A stretch of 35,133 bases of DNA, from NCBI GenBank assembly GCA_044238065.1, contig JBIIDY010000001.1, positions 1 through 35,133 on the forward strand, read 5' to 3'. A model generated the notes under the pieces. It was not told the DNA's origin and did not search any database. It saw nothing but the letters and a program-made list of their open reading frames with translations. Shown piece by piece: positions 1 to 7,642 of this stretch. The position numbers and the translations under genes were made by a program. Position 1 is the first letter of the stretch, and every line of letters starts with the position of its first letter. Source of the stretch: Limisphaerales bacterium. Lineage in GTDB: Bacteria > Patescibacteriota > JACMRA01.

Positions 1-127
1 CTAACTATATTGGAAGTGCTAATATGATGTCTGCTAATTTAATAAGTACTTACGCTTTGCCGTCAACTGCTGGTTATAATAATTTGGCAGGCTGGACATT
101 AAGCAAATCTGTTGGTGCTAGCGGCGT
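1..127. repeat. Terminal overlap, left copy (identical to 35007-35133)
   Basis: Read directly: ctaactatattggaagtgctaatatgatg...gttggtgctagcggcgt occurs at both window ends. Confidence 0.95.
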
Positions 128-434
128 TTTTAGTTTAGTTTCTCTTGGAATACAAGTCTTGGCGGCGGGAACTTATATGGTTTTTGCTAATGCTACTTAT
201 AGCGTGCCGTCTGGGTCAATTTCAAATATAGCAATGTCAGTTAGTGGTGGATTTCTTGCACCCCCCAGCAACAAAGTAGAGGCAAGTAGTAATTCTGGTT
301 TTGGTTATTTGTCTGCTTTTATAGTTGACGATGTCGCAGCCAATACTACTTTTAATGTTTTGGTGAATAATCTGGGGCTTGGTTCTGGGCGTTTAATTAC
401 ACAATGTGCTCTTACAATTTTTAGACTTAAATAA
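1..434 (+). CDS. Tail fibre protein, 3' portion (same ORF as 34904..35133 joined through the junction; first full codon at base 3; about 178 aa in total)
   Basis: The frame of ORF 24..434 stays open back to base 1 and matches the ATG at 34904 through the overlap. The N-terminus MSFTLPNPQKNDFASGQILSFSHLNNNANN resembles conserved tail-fibre N-termini. It sits directly after the tail hub gene. Confidence 0.65.
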   Translation, partial: NYIGSANMMSANLISTYALPSTAGYNNLAGWTLSKSVGASGVFSLVSLGIQVLAAGTYMVFANATYSVPSGSISNIAMSVSGGFLAPPSNKVEASSNSGFGYLSAFIVDDVAANTTFNVLVNNLGLGSGRLITQCALTIFRLK

Positions 435-459
435 TCTTTTTTTACATTTTTACTATATT

Positions 460-978
460 ATGCCTGTATTTTCTAACACTTCAACAATCGCAAATGGTCG
501 CAAATTGACTAAATTAACAAGTTTTCTAAGCACAGAAAGGAAAGAGTGCGAAGCTAGACTAAAACCAAATGAAAAAATAGAAAGAATTGATAAAGCGGAG
601 GTTTGGATAAAAATTGATGGAATTGTTTTTGAAAAAAGCGGAACTGTTTTTGAAAGCGGTTTGGAACTGGAAACAGTGGAAACGCCCTTGAAAGAAAGTA
701 ATAAATTTTCAGTAGTCTTTGCCAAATATGAAGGTAAAAAATTTGATTTTGAAATAGTGGCTTTGGTTAGTCAAAACAAAGAACTGGTCAAAGAATGTGA
801 AGAAAAGCTAAAAACTGTTTATAGTAATGTTTGGGTTGAAGAAAGAAACTGTAAAATTATAAATGAAAATACAATTAGATTTGAGAAAAAAAGTTATAGT
901 TTAGATTATTTTGATATTGATGATTTGGATCCAACAAGCCCTGATATTTTTAGTAAAATTCATAAATTAGATAATTAG
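460..978 (+). CDS. Hypothetical E/K-rich protein in the tail-fibre block (172 aa)
   Basis: ATG at 460 preceded by the AT-rich tattATG context typical of this genome. The ORF-track start at 406 is a TTG overlapping the fibre gene. No recognisable motif. Confidence 0.5.
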   Translation: MPVFSNTSTIANGRKLTKLTSFLSTERKECEARLKPNEKIERIDKAEVWIKIDGIVFEKSGTVFESGLELETVETPLKESNKFSVVFAKYEGKKFDFEIVALVSQNKELVKECEEKLKTVYSNVWVEERNCKIINENTIRFEKKSYSLDYFDIDDLDPTSPDIFSKIHKLDN

Positions 979-980
979 AT

Positions 981-997
981 TTTACACGCCGTATTAG
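981..997 (+). promoter_or_regulatory. Conserved 17-bp box TTTACACGCCGTATTAG, copy 1 (late promoter/operator candidate)
   Basis: Identical 17-mer at three intergenic sites. TTTACA serves as the -35, followed by an 18-nt spacer and TATGGT (1005-1010), then exactly 6 nt before the ATG at 1017. Confidence 0.6.
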
Positions 998-1016
998 TTT
1001 ATTGTATGGTTGAAAT

Positions 1017-2081
1017 ATGGCTATCAAAACAATTATCTTGACAAAACAGACAAGGACATTTCACGCTTTGCCTGTGATTGAATTCGTGCAAGGCGAGACG
1101 GTCAAGTTTAGAATGCCTGACACTGATACTGATTTAAACGGTGCTAGTTTGCTTTTTTCCTTGCGAGAGGGTCTAAATAATCCAAATCAAAGTTTAGTTA
1201 GTCAACCCGAATTAATAGCAAATAATCAAAGGAATTTGACGGTTAGTGGAGGTTTTGCTGATTGGTTTTTGAATCACAATGAAACGAAAAATTGGGGAGT
1301 TGGAAATAAAATCTATACTTTGGAAGTCAAGGTAAAATTGACTAATGGTTTTATTTTTGAGTGGGGAAAATACGAGACAAGAATTAGTGAAAATCTAGTG
1401 GCTGGGTTGGCAAGCAGTGTGAATTTTGCTAATTACTTTACCGCTGGAAATACAAGGGAGTTTTGGTTAAGTCCACGAGATAGTGGCACTTTAACTTTGA
1501 GTGGATCAAACATTACTCAAATCAATGATAAAACGGCGAATGCTAGGAATTTTACAAGCACAGCTGGTCAGCAATTGGTTTTGAATAGTGGGGGAATTAA
1601 CGGAGTGCCAGCAATGGTCAGTGACGGAGTGGACGATCAATTGACTTTTTCTAGTTTAGATTTTACTATATTTACTTTGATAATGGTAGCAAGTAATAGT
1701 GGCTCAAATAATATGCTATTTAACGCTACAAGTGCTTATTATCTTTTTGGACACACAGGCTCGACAAGTGAAGTTACTAAGGTTGGAGTAAATGGTCGTA
1801 ATTATACTGCCAACTGGGCAAGCGGAAGTCCTGCTTTTAAAATAATTGTAGTAAAATATGGTGGAACAAATGCTACTCATACAATGTCAATTAATGGTGG
1901 TGCTAACGTTTTGACTGGAACTGGGGCAGAGGTAGGTTCTGGTTTAAAAACAAGTGGAACTGTAAGGCTTGGACAAATGGGAGGTTTTTACGGTGATGTA
2001 ATGCTTTTTGGACGGGTTTTGGGAAACACTGAAGAAACTGAAATTGTTAACGAATTAAAATCAATTTATTCTATTACTTAA
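1017..2081 (+). CDS. Tail-associated LamG/concanavalin-like jelly-roll domain protein (putative receptor-binding protein)
   Basis: The C-terminal half carries a Laminin_G_3-like pattern (GINGVPAMVSDGVDDQLTF ... GDVMLFGRVL). It is a paralogue of the next ORF and is preceded by the conserved 17-bp box. Confidence 0.55.
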   Translation: MAIKTIILTKQTRTFHALPVIEFVQGETVKFRMPDTDTDLNGASLLFSLREGLNNPNQSLVSQPELIANNQRNLTVSGGFADWFLNHNETKNWGVGNKIYTLEVKVKLTNGFIFEWGKYETRISENLVAGLASSVNFANYFTAGNTREFWLSPRDSGTLTLSGSNITQINDKTANARNFTSTAGQQLVLNSGGINGVPAMVSDGVDDQLTFSSLDFTIFTLIMVASNSGSNNMLFNATSAYYLFGHTGSTSEVTKVGVNGRNYTANWASGSPAFKIIVVKYGGTNATHTMSINGGANVLTGTGAEVGSGLKTSGTVRLGQMGGFYGDVMLFGRVLGNTEETEIVNELKSIYSIT

Positions 2082-2082
2082 T

Positions 2083-2853
2083 ATGTTATCGCCTGCTCAA
2101 AAATTCATGTTATTAAGGAAAAAAAAGACTGGCTACTCGCCTCTTGATTTGCCTTCAACAACTTATTTGGACGCTAGAATTGGCTCGTCAATTACGATTG
2201 GAACTGGAGTTAGTCAGTGGACTTCTCAAAGCGGTAATGTGAATTATACAGAGGGAACGGGATCTGCTCAAGCTGCTTATAATTTGACTGGATTAGATGG
2301 AAACCCTGCGGTAGTTTTTGATGGAGTGAATGATAGATTGACAGCTACGAGGACTTGTGGAGTTTTTACAAGGATTTTCTTAGTCAAGACTGCTGCGAGT
2401 GGTTTTTTGTTTGGACTTGTGAATGATTATATTTGGACTGGAAGTGGCTCAACTTTTGAGGTAAGTAGAGGTGCTGGTTTTATTTCTGGAAAAAATATAG
2501 CTGGTGGTTGGCTAAATAATAATAAAGCTAAAATTGTGATTTGGAGATTTGACGGCACGCACGCTGGCAATCAAGTTTTGGTTAATGGTGTTTTGAAAAC
2601 TACAACAAACACGTTAGTGGCTAATCCGGGGACTGCGACCGTTACAGCTACTGCTGGACTAATGACAAGGGGCGGAACTGGAACAGGTTATTTAAGTGGT
2701 GCTTTAAGTTATTTTAGAGATTTTGGCTATGTTTTAACCCAAGACCAGATAGACAACGAAGTTAAATTTATTTTATCAAACTTTTTACCAACTGCTAAAC
2801 TAAACTCAAACGGCTTGCCTATTCTGGATGCTAACCAAGATTTAACTTATTAA
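2083..2853 (+). CDS. LamG/concanavalin-like domain protein, paralogue of 1017..2081
   Basis: The motif GLDGNPAVVFDGVNDRLTA aligns with GINGVPAMVSDGVDDQLTF in the upstream ORF. It is joined to that ORF by a taatATG stop-start junction. Confidence 0.55.
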   Translation: MLSPAQKFMLLRKKKTGYSPLDLPSTTYLDARIGSSITIGTGVSQWTSQSGNVNYTEGTGSAQAAYNLTGLDGNPAVVFDGVNDRLTATRTCGVFTRIFLVKTAASGFLFGLVNDYIWTGSGSTFEVSRGAGFISGKNIAGGWLNNNKAKIVIWRFDGTHAGNQVLVNGVLKTTTNTLVANPGTATVTATAGLMTRGGTGTGYLSGALSYFRDFGYVLTQDQIDNEVKFILSNFLPTAKLNSNGLPILDANQDLTY

Positions 2854-2860
2854 AAATAAT

Positions 2861-3139
2861 ATGTTTCTTACCTTTTCTACTGAAAAAACGGCGTTTGAAA
2901 TGCTAACCAAAATCAACCAAAATATGGGAATGCCGATTATTGGAATTGACGCTCAAACTCACTTGCCAGAGCCAAATTGTCAACAGACTTTAAAATGGAA
3001 TAATCTAACAAAAGCCTATAATCAAAATCTTTGGTATTTCCAAAAGCCAGCAGAAGAATATATGGACGGAGTTAGTGGTTATACAGAGCAAGAATTTGAC
3101 CCAAACTGGAGAGAACCTTTTTCACCTAATTTAAATTAA
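2861..3139 (+). CDS. Hypothetical protein (92 aa)
   Basis: Clean ORF, tightly packed between neighbours, with the aatATG start context. Confidence 0.5.
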   Translation: MFLTFSTEKTAFEMLTKINQNMGMPIIGIDAQTHLPEPNCQQTLKWNNLTKAYNQNLWYFQKPAEEYMDGVSGYTEQEFDPNWREPFSPNLN

Positions 3140-3142
3140 AAT

Positions 3143-3943
3143 ATGCCTACTATTATCAACTCAATCCATAAATACCGCCCTCGTGGATCTTGGCGACAAA
3201 GACCAGTTAAAGACATCCAAAAATTAGTAGTTCATCATTCGGCAGCGGACGCCAGCGATAATCCAGAAGCTAGACTAACTCAAATAATGGGTTGGCATTT
3301 GGGAAATAGTCCACAGTGGATGGGCTTGAGTTATCATTATGTAATTACTAAAAATGGTAATATCTACCAAACTAACAATCACGAAGATTTGACTTGGCAC
3401 GACGGGGTAAATACAAACTCTTTGGGAATTTTGGTTGACGGTTATTTTCACGCTCCAAATAATAACCAGCCGACAAGCCAGCAATTGGAAAGTTTAGAAT
3501 TTCTTTTGACTGAATTAGCTACAAAACATCCTGAATTTTCAGCAGGAAATAATCCACTCCAAGATATAGTTGGGCATCGTGACATTGGGCAAACAGCGTG
3601 TCCTGGCGACATTTTATACTCAAAATTAGTGGAAATTAAACAAAGAATTAACCAGAAAATCAAAGACCCACAACCTGCGAAAACACTAGAAATCAAAGAA
3701 ACTGTAAATAGTCAAACTGACAACAGTTCAACAGTTGCTAGAAAATTTGAAAACCAAGATTATCAAAACGCTTGGAATAATAAAGATTATATTTGGTTTG
3801 CTGGAAGTTTGACTGATCGTGACGGCGAAGTTCAAAGACTAAAAGCGGAAGTGGAAACTTGGAAAAACCAAGCCCAAAAAGTGCCAGTCAAAGACCCAAC
3901 TCAAATCAAAAATCTTTTAAATCAAATTTTAAATCTTATCTAG
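3143..3943 (+). CDS. Endolysin, N-acetylmuramoyl-L-alanine amidase (Amidase_2/PGRP fold) with a C-terminal extension
   Basis: Motifs VVHHSA, HYVITKNGNIYQ, GILVDGYF and GHRDIGQTACPG. Small membrane proteins follow immediately. Confidence 0.85.
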   Translation: MPTIINSIHKYRPRGSWRQRPVKDIQKLVVHHSAADASDNPEARLTQIMGWHLGNSPQWMGLSYHYVITKNGNIYQTNNHEDLTWHDGVNTNSLGILVDGYFHAPNNNQPTSQQLESLEFLLTELATKHPEFSAGNNPLQDIVGHRDIGQTACPGDILYSKLVEIKQRINQKIKDPQPAKTLEIKETVNSQTDNSSTVARKFENQDYQNAWNNKDYIWFAGSLTDRDGEVQRLKAEVETWKNQAQKVPVKDPTQIKNLLNQILNLI

Positions 3944-3944
3944 T

Positions 3945-4145
3945 ATGCCTCAAAACACCTCTAAACCTTTCTATTCTAGCAAAATCTTTTGGCTTTCAGT
4001 TTTTAGCTTTTTACTTCTTGGCTTGCCAGTTTTGACACAAGGAAGCTACGAGAATTGGCGAGAAATTGTTTCAACTGTAATTCTTCCAATCATTACTCTA
4101 ATTTTGAGAACCTTTTTCAGTGGGGACAAGTTGACATTAAAATAA
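3945..4145 (+). CDS. Holin-like protein, two predicted TM helices (66 aa)
   Basis: Hydrophobic stretches IFWLSVFSFLLLGLPVL and IVSTVILPIITLILRTFF. A tagtATG junction follows the endolysin gene. Confidence 0.55.
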   Translation: MPQNTSKPFYSSKIFWLSVFSFLLLGLPVLTQGSYENWREIVSTVILPIITLILRTFFSGDKLTLK

Positions 4146-4168
4146 AAATAAAACTCAAAAAAATTATT

Positions 4169-4375
4169 ATGAAAAACTTACACCCTAAATCTGTGCTTGA
4201 CCAGATTATTCGCAAATTAACTGACATTTTTGGCTTGCTTGGCTGTGCCACTGGTTATCTAATCTTTGGAGCTAATTTTTGGGCTGTTTTTGACACAACT
4301 TTGATTGGTTTTTTGATTGGTTGGGGACTTGGTATTTATTGGTTAAGCGACCACGAAAAAGCTAAAAAAAACTAA
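4169..4375 (+). CDS. Small membrane protein (68 aa, two TM), second holin/antiholin candidate
   Basis: The internal ATG at 4169 gives MKNLHPKSVL...GLLGCATGYLIFGANFWAVF...IGFLIGWGLGIYWL. The upstream part of track ORF 4055..4375 overlaps the previous gene and looks non-coding. Confidence 0.5.
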   Translation: MKNLHPKSVLDQIIRKLTDIFGLLGCATGYLIFGANFWAVFDTTLIGFLIGWGLGIYWLSDHEKAKKN

Positions 4376-4409
4376 TTTTTTAATACAAAACTATAATTTT
4401 AATGTAAAT

Positions 4410-4691
4410 ATGGCAAAAAATGACGATGAAAGATTACCAGTCCTTGAAACAAAGGTTGACTATTTGATTGATCTTATAAAAAGTGGCTTTGCTAAAATTG
4501 ACAATGAAATAACAAATTTGAAACAAACTGACGCTGCCAACGAAAAGCAAATAAACGAATTAAAAGGCGAATATAGTTTGACTAAAAGTGATGTTACCAG
4601 AATGAATGCCGTTGTTTGGGTTGTAGTTTCTGCCGTCGTAGTTTTAATTATTGGGGCTTTTTGGGGTAAGTTAACTGGAACTCAACCTTGA
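4410..4691 (+). CDS. Coiled-coil protein with a C-terminal TM anchor (XhlA-like lysis accessory candidate)
   Basis: N-terminal heptad-like region plus the AVVWVVVSAVVVLIIGAFWG tail, within the lysis cassette. Confidence 0.4.
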   Translation: MAKNDDERLPVLETKVDYLIDLIKSGFAKIDNEITNLKQTDAANEKQINELKGEYSLTKSDVTRMNAVVWVVVSAVVVLIIGAFWGKLTGTQP

Positions 4692-4722
4692 CAAAAAAAT
4701 AAATTTGCTTATTTGTGAGTTA

Positions 4723-5286
4723 ATGTCAAACTCAAGCGAAACTCAAGGCAACCAGCAAGGGCAAGATTTGGAGGGTGTAATTTTTATTGAAAATTATTTA
4801 ACCATAACTGAAGCGTCCATTAAGTTTGCCACAAGCGAAACCACAAGCAAGCAAATCAAAGAAATTTTGACTTATGCTAAGGATAAAAACCTAATTAAAT
4901 ATAAGAAAGGGGAAAATAAAACCTCGCCTATTTTGATTGGAGAAAGCGAGATTGAAAATTATTTGGGAGAAAAGCTTAAGCCAAAAATAAGCGAACAAGT
5001 AGCGAACAAGGAAGAAACCCAAGAGCTAAAAACCTTACGGGAAGCTAACGGGAAATTATTGGAAACTTTACGGGAAACTCAAGGGCAAAATAAAGAGTTA
5101 ATAGATTTGCTAAAAATGAAAGAAGAAACTTTACAGAATCAGCAAAAAATAAATTTCACTTTACAAAACAATAATGAAACCCTAAATCTCAAACTTTTAG
5201 AAGAAAAAAAGCCTAAAAATTGGTTATTTAGTTTATTGGCTAGTATTTTTAATTCTAAGCGGAAAAAGCCCCCAAATGATAACTAA
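4723..5286 (+). CDS. Excisionase/MerR-like HTH domain protein with coiled coil and hydrophobic C-terminus (candidate Xis or regulator)
   Basis: ATG at 4723. YLTITEASIKFATSETTSKQIKEIL...ILIGESEIENYL resembles the HTH_17/excisionase pattern. It lies directly upstream of the integrase. Confidence 0.35.
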   Translation: MSNSSETQGNQQGQDLEGVIFIENYLTITEASIKFATSETTSKQIKEILTYAKDKNLIKYKKGENKTSPILIGESEIENYLGEKLKPKISEQVANKEETQELKTLREANGKLLETLRETQGQNKELIDLLKMKEETLQNQQKINFTLQNNNETLNLKLLEEKKPKNWLFSLLASIFNSKRKKPPNDN

Positions 5287-5365
5287 CTCAAAAATGTTTT
5301 TAATGTTTAAAATTCAGTAGTTTATTCAAGCCAGTTTTGAAATTAAGTCAATTTAAAATCAATAC

Positions 5366-5397
5366 GACAAAAGAGCAGATTTTGTCATCTATTTTTT
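5366..5397 (+). terminator. Weak AT-rich hairpin plus T-run after the lysis/Xis-like block
   Basis: gacaaaa-gagcaga-ttttgtc followed by atctatttttt. The stem has only 2 GC pairs. Confidence 0.3.
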
Positions 5398-5416
5398 AGC
5401 TAAAAACAACGTATTT

Positions 5417-6007
5417 ATGAGAAAGTATAATAAAAAGTCAATTCAGTATTTAAATAAATTGGAATTAGAGAATTTTTTCAAAGCAATTTTGGCACAAAAA
5501 AACCAAAAAAAAGCAAAAAGGGATTTTCTAATTTTTAAGATGATTTATTTTCACGCCTTGCGATGCTCGGAGCTTGTCAAAATTAGGTTGACTGATTTGG
5601 ATCTGGAAAATGATAAAATTTATATTGAAGCAACTAAAAAAGGAAAGTTTGGAAATGAGTTTTTGAATCCGATTGAAAAAAATTTGATTTTAGATTATTT
5701 GGAAATTAGACCAGAAGATGAAACTGATTTTTTGTTTGTTTCCAGTGATGGTGGACAAATTGGCAGGCAACACATAAATACTCTTTTTGTAGAATTTTCA
5801 AGCAAAGCTGGAATCAGCGAGAATAAGCGACACCCTCACGTTTTAAGGCATACTTTGGCTGTAAATTGTGCTAATGCTGGTTTTGAGTTAGTTCAGGTTC
5901 AGGCTTTTTTGAGGCACAAATCAAGTAAAACAACGGAAATTTATTTTCAAATTTTGGAAGAAACAAAGTTGGAATTACAGCGTGAAGCTTTTCTAAAGTT
6001 GAGTTAA
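5417..6007 (+). CDS. int: Tyrosine recombinase/integrase, minimal 196-aa form (Xer-like, no arm-binding domain)
   Basis: Catalytic signature R (ALRCSEL), H-x-x-R (HPHVLRHTLA), H (FLRHKSS) and Y (TTEIY). Confidence 0.85.
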   Translation: MRKYNKKSIQYLNKLELENFFKAILAQKNQKKAKRDFLIFKMIYFHALRCSELVKIRLTDLDLENDKIYIEATKKGKFGNEFLNPIEKNLILDYLEIRPEDETDFLFVSSDGGQIGRQHINTLFVEFSSKAGISENKRHPHVLRHTLAVNCANAGFELVQVQAFLRHKSSKTTEIYFQILEETKLELQREAFLKLS

Positions 6008-6008
6008 T

Positions 6009-6038
6009 TTGACAAAAATCTAGTTTTTATCTTATTTA
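6009..6038 (+). promoter_or_regulatory. Candidate sigma70-type promoter for the HU gene
   Basis: TTGACA at 6009-6014, an 18-nt spacer, then TATTTA at 6033-6038. The ATG lies 25 nt downstream. Confidence 0.35.
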
Positions 6039-6062
6039 AATTTAATTATTTTACTAAAAATT

Positions 6063-6356
6063 ATGTCCACTCAAAAAATCAATCGCACCGAGTTTGTCAA
6101 TCAATTAGCATCCAAACTTGGAATTACCAAAATCAAAGCTGAAGAAATTTTATTTGTTTTTACTGAAATTATTACCGAAAATCTAGTTAATGGAATTGAA
6201 GTCAACCTTACTGGTTTTGGAGTTTTTAAGCAAGTTGTCCGCAGTGAAAGGGATGGCGTGAATCCAAAAACTGGTGCTAAAATGAAAATCAAAGCTAGCA
6301 AAGGCGTGGCGTTTAGAGCTGGTAAAAACTTTAAAGAGGCTGTAAAGAATAGTTAG
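6063..6356 (+). CDS. HU/IHF-family DNA-binding protein
   Basis: Full-length HU pattern: GFGVFKQVVRSERDGVNPKTGAKMKIKASKGVAFRAGKNFKEAV. Confidence 0.9.
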   Translation: MSTQKINRTEFVNQLASKLGITKIKAEEILFVFTEIITENLVNGIEVNLTGFGVFKQVVRSERDGVNPKTGAKMKIKASKGVAFRAGKNFKEAVKNS

Positions 6357-6371
6357 TTTAATTTTGGCAAT

Positions 6372-6397
6372 AAAAAAGCCCCCTAGAGGGGTTTGAT
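6372..6397. terminator. Bidirectional intrinsic terminator between convergent genes
   Basis: A-run, cccc-ctaga-gggg hairpin, then a T-rich tail. It sits between the HU stop (6356) and the stop of minus-strand gene 6416..6919. Confidence 0.6.
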
Positions 6398-6415
6398 TAT
6401 TTGGTTTTGTGGTTA

Positions 6416-6919
6416 TTAAATTTTGGAAAGTTCTTTGAGAAAAACTTCACAGAACTGGTTAGCTCCGTCAACTAACATTGGGTTTTTACCTTTGAATTGA
6501 TGTAAAGTTTTTTTGATAATTTTGTCCAGTTTATTTTGACTGATCGGTGCGTCCGCTTTTTTGACTGGAATTTCTTTTTTGATTTCAATTATTTTGACAT
6601 TTTTACCATCAATTGGGTTGTATTTTTGGTCAAGGAAACAAACTCCGCCAAAATCGTAAAGAACGGTGGCAAGGGTTTTCGCATCTGGTTTTTCTCCAAA
6701 TAGGAATTTAGGTAAATCTCCGACTTCGCTAACATTTGCCATAAAAACAGGCTTGTCAGGATTTTGTTGACAATAGGTTTTAAGATTTTCAAGGACGGTG
6801 TGATAATCTGCCAAGACTTCGGGAGTGATGTCAGCAAGATATTTTTGAATTTGTTGGGCTTTTTCAAGCTCTTCTTTGGCTTTTTGACGGTTGAGTATTT
6901 TTTGCTCTTTGAGTTTCAT
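6416..6919 (-). CDS. Hypothetical protein (167 aa)
   Basis: Long ORF with K/E-rich composition like other genes here. It is bracketed by hairpin terminators on both sides. Confidence 0.6.
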   Translation of the reverse strand: MKLKEQKILNRQKAKEELEKAQQIQKYLADITPEVLADYHTVLENLKTYCQQNPDKPVFMANVSEVGDLPKFLFGEKPDAKTLATVLYDFGGVCFLDQKYNPIDGKNVKIIEIKKEIPVKKADAPISQNKLDKIIKKTLHQFKGKNPMLVDGANQFCEVFLKELSKI

Positions 6920-6934
6920 AATTTTACTTATAAA

Positions 6935-6971
6935 TAAAAAAAGTCAGTTTGGAAACTTGACTAGGTTTTTT
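6935..6971. terminator. Hairpin flanked by an A-run and a T-run inside the leftward operon
   Basis: aaaaaa-agtcagtttggaaacttgact-agg-tttttt. On the minus strand it reads as a stem followed by T7. Confidence 0.45.
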
Positions 6972-6973
6972 GA

Positions 6974-7363
6974 TTATTTCAATAAATTTTCTAAAATTTC
7001 CACTAGCTCGGTCAAAACCGTTTCAGGGTCTTGGTCAAAGAGTGGTAAAATAAGCCTGCCATTTAAATCGTGAGTTAAGCAAAGATTTTTCTTTTCAAAT
7101 TTATCCGCTTTAATTCCCAAAACATCCTGCAAACTAACTAAGATTTGACGGAGTTGTGGGGCTTGGATTGCTAGGCAGCATTCATCTAAGAATTTTTGCC
7201 AGTTTTCTTTGCCCATTACCTCCATTTTTTCAGTTGCTAGAAAAAGTCCTTTTTGTGGGTGGTTTTGCCAATTTCCTATAACCTCAACCTTCAAACCAAA
7301 TTTTTGGTTGATTTTTGGTAAAAGCTCGTGGATTTTTTGGGTTAAATTGTATGAGTTAGACAT
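6974..7363 (-). CDS. Hypothetical protein (129 aa)
   Basis: Clean ORF in the leftward operon; no recognisable motif. Confidence 0.55.
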   Translation of the reverse strand: MSNSYNLTQKIHELLPKINQKFGLKVEVIGNWQNHPQKGLFLATEKMEVMGKENWQKFLDECCLAIQAPQLRQILVSLQDVLGIKADKFEKKNLCLTHDLNGRLILPLFDQDPETVLTELVEILENLLK

Positions 7364-7632
7364 TTTGATAATGATAAGGTTGAAAAAGATTGGTTATTTT
7401 TGTCCCCCTCCTCAGGATCATCAATCAAATTTTCATCTGGTCGTTTGAGTAGGGTTGGAGTTTCATATTCTATTTCAAAAAACTCCGGGTAATCCCAAAA
7501 TTTGTAATCTAAGAAAGAGCCATCTTTTCTCATTTTAGAATTTAAATTATCTCCTGCATATCTTCCAAGCGATATTTCTAAACTAGGGAAGTCTTTAATA
7601 ATTGTAATTGATTTGATTTTTTGAGTGGACAT
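7342..7632 (-). CDS. Hypothetical protein (96 aa)
   Basis: Clean ORF with a 22-nt overlap onto the downstream gene. Confidence 0.5.
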   Translation of the reverse strand: MSTQKIKSITIIKDFPSLEISLGRYAGDNLNSKMRKDGSFLDYKFWDYPEFFEIEYETPTLLKRPDENLIDDPEEGDKNNQSFSTLSLSKCLTHTI

Positions 7633-7642
7633 AAAAAAAAGA

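Noticed and set aside
1-127. Genuine direct terminal repeat marking physical genome ends
   Set aside because: The repeat lies in the middle of the tail-fibre coding sequence, far from the terminase genes, and has no distinctive end motifs. Circular closure or permutation is the simpler explanation. It remains testable with read-terminus analysis.
406-459. Upstream TTG start for the ORF ending at 978
   Set aside because: It would overlap the end of the tail-fibre gene by 29 nt and add an implausible F/L/Y-rich leader. The ATG at 460 has the normal AT-rich context.
1017-2853. Diversity-generating retroelement acting on the paralogous LamG-like genes
   Set aside because: There is no reverse transcriptase anywhere in the genome. 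The two copies differ throughout rather than at adenine-specific positions, and no separate non-coding template repeat was seen.
6589-7073. Track ORFs 6589..6867 (-) and 6891..7073 (+)
   Set aside because: The first is an alternative frame inside the longer 6416..6919 ORF. The second runs antisense across a terminator hairpin and the 3' end of 6974..7363, and has an F/S/K-rich product.
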